Source: Octopus vulgaris (Eukaryota). Taken from it: 64,000 nt of DNA. Shown here piece by piece: positions 12,531-25,744 of this stretch. The position numbers and the translations under genes were made by a program. The first letter of the stretch is position 1. Each line of letters begins with the position of its first letter. The stretch spans positions 127,720,001 through 127,784,000 of the forward strand of contig OX597814.1 in assembly GCA_951406725.2 (NCBI GenBank). The letters are read 5' to 3'. The notes under the pieces were generated by a model that saw nothing but the letters and a program-made list of their open reading frames with translations, was not told the DNA's origin and made no database searches.

Positions 12531-12832
12531 GTGGAGGCACGTGGCCTAGTGGTTAGAGCAGCGGATTCGCAGTCGAGGGATTGCGGGTTCGAATCTCAGA
12601 CCGGGCGATGTGTGTGTCTATGAACAAAAGACCTAAGCTCCACGCGGCTACAGCAGAAGGTAATGGCAAACTTCTGCTGACTCTTTCGCCACAAATTTCT
12701 CTCACTCTGTCCTCCTGCATCTTGCAGCTCACCTGCGACGGACCGGCATCCCATCCAGGTGGAGAACCTATACGCCAAGGAAACCGGGAAACCGGCCCTT
12801 ATGAGCCAGATATGGCTCAAGAAGGAACAAAC
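12531..12832 (+). mobile_element. tRNA-derived SINE (second family)
   Basis: A box TGGCCTAGTGG, B box GGTTCGAATC and a non-tRNA body; related copies at 13765-14060 and 23331-23500. Confidence 0.8.
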
Positions 12833-13764
12833 ATATATATGTATGTATATATAACACTATGTAACATGATTATTATCCTTGGGTAGCGACTGTTATTTCC
12901 TAAAGTATGAAAAATGGCTAATATTTCCTTCAAAATTTGCTTTTGATACATTTATTCAAACCCCATAGAATCCCTCTCAACACATGTCTATGATGCTTCC
13001 CCACTACTCCTGCTCATGACCAGAGAGGCACATATTGTCAGCCACTAAAGGACATGCTCAAATGGTTATGGTCAAGCAACTGACAAGCAAATCTATGGTA
13101 TTGAGCAGAACATTTGCTACTATGATATTTCTGCTTCAACAACTCAGTGCTGAATCTGTCTGAAATGTAATGGAAAATAGGCCAGTTTCAAAGCATTGAT
13201 GTCCAGGTCACGAAAGCAAAGTTTGAAAGGAATGGGGTCATTTCCGTTGATTTCTAAATAGAAGCAAATAAGAAATAACACTTGCTGACCAAAGATAAAA
13301 AAAAATAAACATTGTTACACAGTGTAATCAGTCAGTGAATCATTAACTGTTTACCTATAAATATAAACTTGATAGGCTATATCAAGTGCTCTTTTCTATT
13401 TGTATACACAAATCCATGTGTGTGTGTGTGTACACATATATACATAGAAAACATGACTGATATTTTATGCTTTATTTAATGTACTTCTACTTCAGTGAGC
13501 ATTTTAAATGATAATTCTGATAAAGTGAGCCGGTTGTGTTGTGTAGCATTATAGGCCCTGCTGGCTTACATAACTGATACCAGTCAGCTTACCAAAACAC
13601 ATGTACCAGTTCTTTTGTTCCTTCTCTATGCATACGTGGACTCCACATACTAGTCTGTCTGGGAGTTATGATGGATGCCCAAACCTTCTGGTAGTGTGTC
13701 AAACCTTTCAGCACACCTTTTAAAGTGTACTCTATATATGTCTGTGTGTGTGTATATATACATC

Positions 13765-14062
13765 AGTGGTTAGGGCAGTGGACTCGCGGTTGGAGGATTG
13801 CGGTTTCGATTCTCAGACCGGGTGTTGTGTATGTTTATTGAGCGAAAACACCTAAAAAGCTCCACGAGGCTCCAGCAGGGCATGATGGCAACCCCTGTTG
13901 TACTCTTTTGCCCCAACTTTCTCTCACTCTTTCTTCCTGTTTCTTGAGTTACGCTGCGATGGACTGGCATCCTGTCCAGCTGGGGAGAACACATATGCCA
14001 TAGAAACCAGGAAACCGGGCCCTTGAGCCTGACTAGGCTTGAAAAGGGCACATAAATAAAAA
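13765..14062 (+). mobile_element. tRNA-derived SINE, same family as 12531-12832
   Basis: AGTGGTTAGGGCAGTGGACTCGCGG...CAGACCGGGTGTTGTG...GAAACCGGGCCC; A-rich tail. Confidence 0.75.
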
Positions 14063-14479
14063 TAAAAATATATACACACACACCATAATCAGCTATTAGT
14101 TTCAAGGTAGCTCTGACTGTCAATGTGTCACTGCAGCCCCTGCATCATCTCCAGGTGCCCCTGTTTCATAGATAGATATCTCCAGATATCAGTACTGATG
14201 TCTCTCTCACTCTTTTTATATTTCTTTATTGCGTCTTTGTAGGAGAGTTGAATTGTTGATCAGTGTCATTCAATAATCAGGTGCTGAAACGATAGTAATA
14301 GGCACAATTGGATTATAACTTTTCCATTTATTGTACATGTCGAGATTACATGGATCTAGCTCTTTTGGATGTTGGTAAGACCAGCTTTATGTAGAATGAT
14401 GGTGTCTGATAATCCTATTATGTCAACCCTTCACTGACTGGACTGGAGTGATGAGATTGATGTGGTTAGTGTTCACTTG

Positions 14480-14970
14480 AGCATCTCTAGATTGACTATG
14501 ATGAAGAAATTACTCAAAAGAATAAATAAAGTTAAAACCGCACTAATAAGAATGAAAAAGATCCTCATCTCAAAAGACATAACACTACACCTAAGATTGA
14601 GACAAGGAAACTATTATATTATGCCAGCTGTTATGTACAGGGCAGAAGTGTAGACAATGTACACACAGCAATGGGGAAGAAGATTTGAAACCAAGAAGAT
14701 GTGGATCTTTTGCAGATTAAGCATCAGAATAAGCTGGAAAGTCAGGCTAAGAAGCCTGCAGTACAAAAAAGCTGAACGTCCAAAAACACTTGGTGTTACG
14801 AATCAAGTCCACAAAGCTATCATATTTTGGATACACAAGGGGAAGAGAGCAAGAGGCCATCAAAGATGATTGTAGACTGATGTCAAAGAATGGACTGGAA
14901 ACATGGGTGTAGCTGACTGTGTGCATGCAGTACAACACAGAGGGAACTGGGACTGGAGAATGTTCGCAAG
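14480..14970 (+). pseudogene. degenerate RTE/BovB-like LINE C-terminal fragment
   Basis: Translation RINKVKTALIRMKKILISKDITLHLRLR..YIMPAVMY.AE, RRFETKKMWIFCRL, RGHQRR resembles the RTE ORF C-terminus. Confidence 0.6.
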
Positions 14971-15686
14971 CTAATCCCTGAACACAGAAGGGCGCTTGGC
15001 TGATGAGGTTAACATCTGCATGAAAAAAATGAACTTAAGAAAGAGAATTCCATAGGATTGCAGTTTAGGAGTTATGGATCTTGGTGATGAGACAGTAGAA
15101 GCAATGAAAGGGGCGCTGGCATCGGCCGCGTTCGGATGGTGTTTTTTACATGCCACCGGCACGGGTATCACACAAATATGCAAACAACAGATGAATAAGA
15201 ATTTCATATAGTGTATCCAGTTGAACTGTGAATGTACAAGATGTGTAGTGGAATTATAGAGAGTCTGGTAGAAGGAAGACTTTCTATGTAGCAGACACAA
15301 AAAAAATTCCTTGCAGTAGGAGCATCCAGGAAATAACTTTCAGATGCTGAGAATGTTCATAACTTTTGTTACCTAGTTAATATCTTTTCAGTGGAAGTGT
15401 TGGTTCAGAAAACATAATAGCCTGAGCACAGAAGTGTATTAAATCTTCAGGAAGCTATTATTCCTGTTTATAAAGGGATTACTCTTTAAGCCAGCTATTC
15501 AAAAACCATGTTTCCAGTGTAATGCATAGGGGAAGTTTGGTCTACAATATCTGTGGACGTGTCTGTTTATCAAGTACCAGGCTCAGTCACCTGCAGAACC
15601 ACAAGTGTAAAGTATATTTTTGTCTCAGCACACAATGTTCTTAATGGTCAATGATGGTCTTCCTCAGTCACAAGTGGACAGCTCTC

Positions 15687-15747
<61 letters not shown>

Positions 15748-16621
15748 TACATCTCTTTCTATTTGTACCTCTGTTAATATTACTAAAGATATATAGTTTC
15801 TCAGCAGTGGTAGATAAATATCTGTCGATAAACATGTAATATCTTTCAGTTTTATCCACAGACCATATTATTTATCATAATATGTTTAATCATGCTATTT
15901 TAGATTTCATTGCATGTTTAGTATATAGGCATTTTTTTAATGCATCACTATATATCTGTGTGCTTTTTTGTGGAAATGTCTGTATTTTTGCCTCATATTT
16001 CATTTTTTTACTTAATGGAAAATCTGAAGCTTCAATTTAAAAATGTGATTCTATTTCAGAGATAAAGCCAAAATGTATTTTAAAAAATGTATGGACCATA
16101 ATTTGTGGGTAAAAATTGTTATTTTGACTGGGTATTACATAAGCATGTAATATACCATAGAAACTTGTAATATATCTATATACTTAACATATAAGTATAT
16201 AATAGCAGTTTTAATTAATCTTTGAAAATTAAATATGACAATACAATATATGAATATTTTATATCTAGGTTGGATATAAACATTATAATCCATTGTCATT
16301 ACTGAACTCATTATCATTGTCATCAACATCATCATCCCCCATTATCATTCTTATGTCTACTTTTTTTCCAAACTGGCATGGGTTGGACAAGACATGTTGG
16401 GGAAGTATACTAAGTGTGGATGGACATCCTTCCTTTCACCAACCCTCATGTTTCGAGTAAAGTACTTCATTCTACATCTTTGCACTTTGAACTACTGAGC
16501 TGCTGGATGCTTTGTTTATGTTGAAAATAAATGTCTGTATTGCTGTACAAGCAGTGTCAATGCAAAAGTCATACAGACAAAAACAAACACACACAGACAC
16601 ACATGTGCGTGAATAAATATA

Positions 16622-17008
16622 TACTCTTTTACTTGTTTCAGTCATTTGACTGTGACCATGCTGGAGCACCACCTTTAGTTGAGTAAATCGACCCCAGGAC
16701 TTATTCTTTGTAAGCCTAGTACTTATTCTATCGGTCTCTTTTGCCGAACTGCTAAGATACGGGGACGTAAACACACCAGTATCGGCTGTCAAGCGATGTT
16801 AGGGGGACAAACACAGACACACAAACATATACACACACACATATGTACATATATAAGACGGGCTTCTTTCAGTTTCCGTCTACCAAATCCACTCACAAGG
16901 CTTTGGTCGGCCCGAGGCTATAGTAGAAGACACTTGCCCAAGGTGCCACGCAGAGGTACTGAACCCGGAACCATGTGGTTAGTAAACAAGCTACTTACCA
17001 CACAGCCA
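16622..17008 (-). mobile_element. tRNA-derived CORE-type SINE
   Basis: Minus strand reads GGCTGTGTGGTAAGTAGC...GGGTTCAGT...CCTTGGGCAAGTGTCTTC with an AGTAAAAG tail; same family as 52245-52632. Confidence 0.8.
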
Positions 17009-17314
17009 CAAACAATTTCTATCAACTGAATTTCACTCATAGAGCATTGGTCAGCTCGAGGCTTTAGTGGAAGACACTTATCCCAGATAGCCAAGAAAGG
17101 GAATTGAACCTGAAACCACATGGTCACAAAATGAACTTCTTAAATGCATGGTCATACCAACAATAAAAAAGTATTACAATCTGCTGTCACTAAGGAGGAA
17201 GCAAGTATACAAGGTGTATTCCAGGAGTTCTGAGACTTCTCAGGGAGGCATTTAGTAATTTCAAAAAGTACAACATTCTAATCTCCTTTAAAGTAGGCTT
17301 CTCTGACTTCAATG

Positions 17315-17516
17315 TACTTTACTCTTTTACTTGTTTCAGTCATGTGACTGTGGCCATGCTGGAGCACCGCCTTTAGTCAAGCAAATCAACACCAGGACTT
17401 ATTCTTTGTAAGCCTTGTACTTATTCTATCAGTCACCTATGCTGAACCGTTAAGTTATGGGCACGTAAACACACCAGCATCAGTTGTCAAGCGACACACA
17501 AACATATACACACATA

Positions 17517-17560
<44 letters not shown>

Positions 17561-17727
17561 TACGGTGGGCTTCTTTCAGTTTCCATCTACCAAATCCACT
17601 CACAAGGCTTTGGTTGGCCCGAGGCTATAATAGAAGACACTTGCCCAAGGTGCCATACAGTGGGACTGAACCCGGAACCATGTGGTCCATAACCAAGCTA
17701 CTTACTACACAACCATTCCTACACCTG
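17315..17727 (-). mobile_element. tRNA-derived CORE-type SINE
   Basis: Colinear with 16622-17008; internal (TA)n. Confidence 0.8.
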
Positions 17728-18459
17728 TATAGTAATACTATAGTAAAGTTACAATAATCTAGGACAGTTAGCCTCTGCTAAAAAGTCTCAAAACATTTTG
17801 TAAGTTTCATGGAGCTGACCAGACAAACTTGTTCTGACTTGTTCACCTCTTTATTCCTGTACTCTACTGAAAATCATTTCTGTTGTATCTAATCCGTGAT
17901 ATGATAACAGCATTCTCTCACCTGGTCTTTATCTTATTTCCTCTATTCCAAGGTATTTGAAGCATAGCTTACTGATAAAATATAATTTTGTCTTGCCTTT
18001 CAAAAAAATTTTTTTTTTCAAAACTCAAATGTATCGAAATAAAAATGTTAATTTATTTGATTAAATATTGAAAGCCTGTAAGAGAAAATGCTTAATTAGT
18101 AACTAACATTAATAGGAAGAACTGGTACTAATTTACATAATTTTCTAGTCTATTTTTTTATATATAATCTCTTGTACTAACTGCAGCAAAGTAAACAGGA
18201 TATCATCGTTACAGTTGATTCCTTAAGACTTCAAATGTTTTTTAAGTATCTCATTTTATTAGTATCATATTTTATATCTTCACACCAACATTTTGCTCAT
18301 CATACTTTGTATACAGAGTCATTTCCAGTTTTAGAACAATCTAAATATCGAATCTTTTTCCAGCCTCAAAATAAAACCTAACCAATCTTTCCACAATGGC
18401 ATTTTAAAAAAAGGGAAGAAACTGGCAAACTACTTTGAAATATTTTATTTTATATCATG

Positions 18460-18815
18460 TGTGGAAGTGGCTCTGTGGTAAGAAATTTGCTTCTCTGTCA
18501 CATGATTCCAGGTTCAGTTCCACTGTATGGCACCTTGGGCAAGTGTCTTCTACTCTAGCCTCAGACTAACCAAAGCCTTGTGAGTGGATTTGATCAACTA
18601 AAACTAAAAGAAGCCTGTTGTACATATGTGTATATATATATATTGTGTGTGTGTATATGCATGAGTCTTTGTATCTGGATTTATCCGCCACCACCACCAC
18701 CACCACCACTTGACAGCTGGTGTTTGTGTGGTTACATCCCCATAACTTAGCATTTCAACAACAGACTGATAGAGTAAGCGCCAGAATACCAAACATAATA
18801 AAGTACTGGTGTTGA
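18460..18815 (+). mobile_element. tRNA-derived CORE-type SINE (diverged)
   Basis: GTGGCTCTGTGGTAAG...CACCTTGGGCAAGTGTCTTCTAC...CAAAGCCTTGTGAGTGGATTT. Confidence 0.7.
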
Positions 18816-19000
18816 CTTAGGTTAACATTGTCTTTTATCTTTGTGGAGTTGGTTGATAAAATAAAATACCAGTTCAGTACTGTAACTGATTTTATTAACT
18901 ATTGAAATTTGTGGCCTTGTACTTGTTAGAAATCATTTTGCCACAAAACTCAGTAACAATACTTTTATCACCTTTCCTTTAACAATATTAGAATATTATA

Positions 19001-19450
19001 AAGGCACCGAGCTGGCAGAAACGTTAGCATACCAGGTGAAATGCTTAGCGGTATTTCGTCTGTCTAAGGCGGTGAGCTGGCAGAAATGTTAGCATGCTGG
19101 GCGAAATGCGTAGCCATATTTCGTCTGCCGTTACGTTCTCAGTTCAAATTCTGCCAAGGTCGACTTTGCCTTTCATCCTTTCGGGGTCCATAAATTAAGT
19201 ACCAGTTACGCACTGGGGTCGATGTAATCAATGTAATCCATTTGTCTGTCCTTGTTTGTCCCCTCTGTGTGTAGTAAAGAAATAGTAATTTCGTCTGTCT
19301 TTACATTCTGAGTTCAAATTCGACTGGGGTCACCTTTGCCTTTCATCCTTTCAGGGTTGATTAATTAAGTACCAATTGCATACTTGGGTTGATCTAATCA
19401 ACTGGCCCCCTCCCTGAAAATTTCGTGCCTTGTGCCTAGAGTAGAAAAGA
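19001..19450 (+). mobile_element. nested pair of Meta-type SINEs
   Basis: An outer copy (19001-19065 + 19286-19450) is interrupted by an inner copy (19066-19285); GTATTTCGTCTGTCT is duplicated on both sides of the inner copy. Confidence 0.75.
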
Positions 19451-20516
19451 ATATTAAATTATTATAGATTTTACCCCTTTTTACACTTGTTTCTGTCATT
19501 GGACTGTGACCATGCTAGAGCACTGCCTTGGTGAATTCAGTTGAACAAATTGACCTTAGGACTTATTTTAAATTTGGTATTTATTCTATTGATCTCTTTT
19601 GCTGAACCACCAAGAGAGAGAGATACACGCACACACACAGTGGAGTTCCATACATTTTCTGTCTTTCAAATTCACTCACAGGGCATTGGTCAACCAAAGG
19701 CTATAGTAGAAAACACTTGCCCAAGGTGGGACTAAACTTGCAACTGTATGGTTACAAAGTACGTTTCTTAACTACACAGCCATTTGCAAATAAAGATGTA
19801 TTTTTCAGAATCTGTTTAACTTCCTAGATTTTTCTCAGTGAAATTCTTAGAATATTTGTGAAGCTTATAAGATCTTTTCATAGTTCTTTGTCACTTGTTT
19901 CCTACTAGACTGTCAAACCTTGTGCCTTTTTTAATGTACAACAGTTTTTCTGAAACTCAGAAAATTATTTGATAAGCATAGTATCATAATGTGTACTCTA
20001 CCAAGAACATTATAGAGGCTGTTGAGAATGCATCTCAATGGCTCTGACTGAAAAGGGAGGATCACTGAGGTCATTAGAATAACTCTTAGATATAGGCTTG
20101 GGCTCAATCGGCCTAAGCCGGGTAGCCTGGATGAGGGTGTATATTATAAGACTTAAAGCACCCATTGACCCCAAAGTACAGCACTGACAACGTATCCCAA
20201 ATAATTCATTTATAGATGTTTGATGAATTATGTCTCCATTACGATTTCCATTATTTTTCCATTCAGAGAAACTGATTTTTGTAAAACCAGAAAGAGATTT
20301 TAAATATGAACTTTGTTTACTGGTTAAAATATAATAGCTATTTGTGATGATATGCATTATATATATATTTACAGGTGTGTTGTTGTGTATGTTGAAGAGT
20401 ATTGTGTTGAAAGATTTAATGATTCAATGCACAAAGATAATATCAAAATTGTGTGAGGATGTATATTATACACAGATGTCTTTATGTTTTTATATATATA
20501 TACACACACACACGCA

Positions 20517-20560
<44 letters not shown>

Positions 20561-21039
20561 GACCTGGTGAGGTGGTTCTGGCACATCAAAACTCATTTAA
20601 TCTAGAGGAGTGCAGGATGCTTCATATGGTGATTTATTCTATTCTTCAGTTGGTGTTTAAAATGTCGAAAAATAAATGATCAATTCCAAGTTGTTCAGTG
20701 ACATTTTTGTGGCAAGAATAACCATTTCAAAAAATCTACAGAATATTCTGATTCATGAATTTCAAGGAAATCTTTTGCTTCTCTGAGAAATTGTCAACAG
20801 TTCTTTTATTCAATGTAATCAGAACAGTTTATTTTGGAAGATTGCCTTTGTGAAATATTTGATTGTATTTAGAATTGAGAGGCCTCAAAATATACCTAAT
20901 TAATGTAGAAATTTAAGCAGAAAAGAAAACAGGGCTGTGTGCCCTCATGGAAGTAACAGTATGCAATAATTGAAGTAAGTACTGTGAACCTATTACACAG
21001 TACTTGATACACAGGTCATTGCAAGAGATACAGTAGAAT

Positions 21040-21685
21040 CACAAATAGGCGGGCAGAGATGAAAGACTTCTATGTTGTAGATATACAGGAGAAGTTAAAA
21101 TTAAGAGCATCGAGGAAGTAAATTCTTTCAAATGTTTGGACCAATTTGTAGAAATATTTGATAGTGCTTTAATTAGCAATGGAGGCAGGTGCTCTGAAAG
21201 GTCAGTAGCCAGCATAAAAACAATGTGGAAAACTGACAACAAAAGAAGTGTCTGAATAGAGAGCAAATTTTAGGATGCTTGCGTAGAATGTGCAGTTTTA
21301 CATGATGTATCACCCAATAAATGTGAAAGTCAGAAAGAAATGAAGCATGTTCTGATGGATGTGTAGTGTTTGGTGTGCATGAACAATATAGCACAAATTA
21401 ACTTGAAGAAAGTATCAGATAAAAGTGGAATTAAATGTAATATGCCAGAGAGAGCACAGTGCCAGTACATGCATGTGATGTGTATGGAGGATAATGGATG
21501 AATTAAGAAGTGAGCAATCCAGGTGCAGAAAAGCAACAATACAGGAAAAACTGAGGAAAGCTGATCTTGAGGCTGAACATCATAAAAGAAATGCTAGAAG
21601 GCTTTAACAAATGAGACTACGCCAGACAAGACTCATCCAACCATGGAAAAGTGAACATAAATGTGATGATGATGATTATGATGAT
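21040..21685 (+). pseudogene. old RTE LINE 3' fragment
   Basis: Diverged similarity to about 40600-41260; ends in CATCCAACCATGGAAAAG...(GAT)n. Confidence 0.55.
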
Positions 21686-21941
21686 GTTTTGTATATAACT
21701 TATGACACATTTTGTTATGCAAAAAAAGTTCCTTTTATTCTAGTAAAAAAAAACTTCTAACAACAATTATTTGATGGCGATATCTTGATATAATGTAATA
21801 TTAATAATTTAATATCTTTGAAAATTACTTTAAAAAAACTGATGTTGATTCAGTAGGTTTCATAGAAAGTTAGCATTGCCTGAATACTCTCCTTTGTTTT
21901 CACAATCTTTAATGTTTATTGAACCTTATTTTCCCTGACAG

Positions 21942-22037
21942 ATGAGTGGCCTTCCCTCACTCCATCCGTAACATTTCCTTGCACAGCTCTTAAAGAGACC
22001 TGTTCCCAATTTAACATCACTGCTTTAGTTCATACAG
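21942..22037 (+). CDS. WDR59: WDR59 internal coding exon (EWPSLTPSVTFPCTALKETCSQFNITALVHT), symmetric phase 1-1
   Basis: TTTTCCCTGACAG acceptor and CAG|GTATGT donor; 96 nt, open in the required frame. Assigned by phase and position, not by recognised homology. Confidence 0.55.
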
Positions 22038-23098
22038 GTATGTGACCACTAGAAGACTTATACTTTGCTAAAACTACAGCACCTGCAAGAATTTACTATT
22101 GTCTTATTTTTATTTAGTTTTCTAATTTTTGTTTTTGTTTTCTTTTTTGTATTAGTTGTGTCTCTAGGGAATGCAACTGGAAACCTTGTTTCATTTCACT
22201 GTTGTATCTTGTCTGTGTTTATGTAAACATTCCAGGAATACTTGTTTTAGTAAATTTTCCATTTAGGTGTCATTTCTTATCAACGCTTTTATTGTTTGTT
22301 TAAGTAAATTTTCCATTTAGATGTCATTTGTTGTGGTCAAATGCCAGTTTTTTGTTTGTTTTTTTTTTGTTTTTTATGATGTATCAGTAGAGTTTAAAAT
22401 ATTGTGTTGTAGACTTTTCACTGCTGTCTTCACTTTCATGTTATTGTTGTTTATATTTCTTCCACATTGTTGTCAAAAACAATTATGGCCGTAACTTAAT
22501 TGATATTCCTATCTAATAAAAGACCAACAGGACAACATTTTCCTCATTAAAACATAAGCTTACTTTACAGCATTCTTAAATTTTGTAAAACCTCTCATTC
22601 TCTACACAGGGAATTTTATATTCAACAGGTCGCTCACAGTAGCTTTATTATAATCATTTGTTATACGATAACAGTAGGCATGAACTCTTGAATATAAATG
22701 ATCTAAGATTCATGTCTCAATTAATACGCTATCAGTGAATGGTATCCTTTTCATATGTTCCAAGACAAACCTCTGGTGACTAAACCATGTCCATACAACG
22801 TTACTCTCGCAGTTACTATTGCAAAAATACACCCGTCATTTTGTTTCTCTTACTATGTTTTCTTTATGCACAGTACTCTTACCTCACACTCAATATGTGC
22901 AATAGTTCTAATCACTGCCTCTCCCCAAATTAGTACCTTCTGTATTTCTGTTTCTGACTATAAATCTTCAGTTAAATATATTCAATGAGAATATTATATA
23001 CTGAATCTATATTGAGTGCTCTATTGTATCAAAGTATTAATACTATTAAAGTATTTATATATTTAATACGAGTGATTTTATATATATATATATCTTTA

Positions 23099-23137
<39 letters not shown>

Positions 23138-23205
23138 CTTTATATATATATGTATATATATATATATATATCTTTATATATATATGTATATATATATATA
23201 TATAT

Positions 23206-23243
<38 letters not shown>

Positions 23244-23285
23244 TTATATATATATGTATATATATATATATATATATATCTTTAT

Positions 23286-23330
<45 letters not shown>

Positions 23331-23333
<3 letters not shown>

Positions 23334-23552
23334 GGCGCAATGGCCTAGTGGTTAGGGCAGCGGACTTGCGGTCGGAGGATCGCGGTTTCGATTCCCAGAC
23401 CGGGCGTTGTGTGTGTTTATTGAGCGAAAAAAACACCTAAAAGCTCCACGAGGCTCCGGCAGGAGGTGGTGATCCCTGCTGTACTCTTTCACCACTCTAA
23501 AAGGCGGTGCTCCAGCATGGCCGCAGTCAAATGACTGAAACAAGTACAAAAA

Positions 23553-23570
<18 letters not shown>
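23331..23570 (+). mobile_element. chimeric tRNA-derived SINE with poly(A) tail
   Basis: Head of the 12531 family fused near 23498 to the 3' end of the CORE-type family (GGCGGTGCTCCAGCATGGCCGCAGTCAAATGACTGAAACAAGTA), then A23. Confidence 0.7.
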
Positions 23571-23584
<14 letters not shown>

Positions 23585-23595
23585 AATATGTGTGT

Positions 23596-23872
23596 GTATA
23601 AATTAGAAAAGAAAACACCTTTTATCAATTCAAAATGAACAATTAAATTACACCATCTAGAAAATTACATATAATAAAATATTAAAAATAAAATAACAAT
23701 AATATACCGATGATTTAGTAAATTGCAAAATAATAATAAAAACGTATGTTATTCTACCAAATATATTGTTATTTTATTTTTAATATTTTATTATATGTAA
23801 TTTTCTAGATGGTGTAATTTAATTGTTCATTTTGAATTGATAAAAGGTGTTTTTTTCTTCTAATTTCTATAT
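23596..23872. repeat. near-perfect AT-rich inverted repeat (~110-bp arms, ~55-bp spacer)
   Basis: CACCTTTTATCAATTCAAAATGAACAATTAAATTACACCATCTAGAAAATTACATAT has its exact reverse complement at about 23793-23849. Confidence 0.85.
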
Positions 23873-24679
23873 ATATATTATATTTTGTGAAATTTGATTT
23901 AGTATTTCTAAATTGAATTTTTCCCTGTAAGTTAGGAATAATATTCCCTCAAATAATAATTATATATATATATATATTAATAATATATTATTATTAATAT
24001 TAGGAAATCAATATCAAAACTCCTCATAAAGATATACACGTGTGAAAAATAATTGTTGTAATAAAGATATATAAATAAATAAATATAAATATGTATAAAA
24101 ATATATGTAATTATGTATAAGTATAAATATATAATGTATATGACAGTTTAAAAGTTTCTGACTATCCAATAGAGCTCCAACTATCATAGACTCTACATCA
24201 TTCAACCAGGCTCTAACATTCCCAAATTGGTACAGCTGTCAACAAAATGCCTGCAGTATTTAGCTACATCCTTGACATCCTGAGTGTTAATCCAGTGGAG
24301 GCTATCATTGCTTTCCATCAAAATAAAGAACCAGTCAAAGACTGGGATTGGTTTCTATTGTCTTATAAAGCTCAGATGTGAATGGAATTATAATTGAAAC
24401 CAGTGTGTTTTTTATGAAGTTGATTTACCTGTGTCATTACCATGCTCATCTCTTTCAAAACAATTTATGTGAAGTCAAAATATTATAAGACCAGCGACTA
24501 TTATATGAGTATTATAAGGTCACTGATTGTTATAGTTATTATAAAGTCAACAACTTTGGTAATTATTAAAGAAGAAGGATTATTATATTGTAAATGACTA
24601 AATTATTATAAGCTCAGTAATTGACTTTATTATTACAAGATCAGTGACGAATATAACTATTCTAAAGTCAATAGTTAGT

Positions 24680-25010
24680 CCACATTACTCCATAAGAAAC
24701 ATAGGGCTGTCACCATTTTATACCAGTGGATGCAATCTGGAGCTTCCACCTTGATTTCAGACCAAGAGAAACCAATTGCTCTCACTGCATCCTCCGTACA
24801 TCCTTTCCAGGTCTTCTTAGGTCATCCAACTTTCCTCTTTCCTTCAGGTTGCCAGTCAAACACATGCCTTGCAATGCTATTTGGAGGTCTCCTTACAGTG
24901 TGACTGATGCAGCCCCATTTCCTTTTCAAAACTTCTTGATTGATGGGAGTTTGGTTTGTTTTAGCCCACAGACTTCTGTTTAAAATTTTGCCTGGCCACC
25001 AGATCTTGAT
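24680..25010 (-). pseudogene. RTE-like LINE 3' fragment inside a degenerate 24-bp minisatellite
   Basis: Minus strand encodes a GKRKVG*PKKTWK-like RTE C-terminal motif. Confidence 0.5.
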
Positions 25011-25658
25011 AAAGTCAATTAACTATGATAATTTTTATGAGATCAAAGATTATAATAATTACGATAAGGTTCTTGATTATCAAAATTATCGTAAGATCAA
25101 CAATTATTCTAATTATTATAAAGTCAATGATTATTATAATTATTACATGGTCATTAACAATTATAATTATTATAAAATCAAGAACTTTTCTAATCATTAT
25201 AGTTACTGATTATTATAACTTTTCATTTCCTTTCTTCTATGTTGCCATGTATAAAATTATTATTATTAGTGTCAAGATAACACATGTTGGAGAGGCAGAC
25301 ATTATAAAGGGCCAGACTTGTGCCTTTAATTCCCATCCCCAAGGGTCAGTAAAGTATAAAAATATATACTAGAGTTGATACAATTGACTCTTAAACATTC
25401 GTTGTAAATTTGTGGCCATGTACTAATTTTAGAAATATTATTATTATTACCATTATGAAAATATAAAGAATATGACCATGAAAGGTTTGAATTCCTATGA
25501 AATATAATGGCACGCAGAAAATATTCTCTGTAAGTTCTTGTTTTAAGCACTGTTCTAATTTATCAATATCATTTATTATATCATGAATTTGACATTTAGA
25601 AAATATATTTTACCATTGTTTTAAGCAGCTAATTTTGTTTTGACAGAGTGTATGTATG

Positions 25659-25698
<40 letters not shown>

Positions 25699-25744
25699 TA
25701 GATATGTTTTGATCAAAGATTGGTCCAGGCCATGTATCAGCTCA

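Noticed and set aside
12531-12605. tRNA gene
   Set aside because: A/B boxes are present but there is no complete cloverleaf, and the sequence continues into a repeated SINE body.
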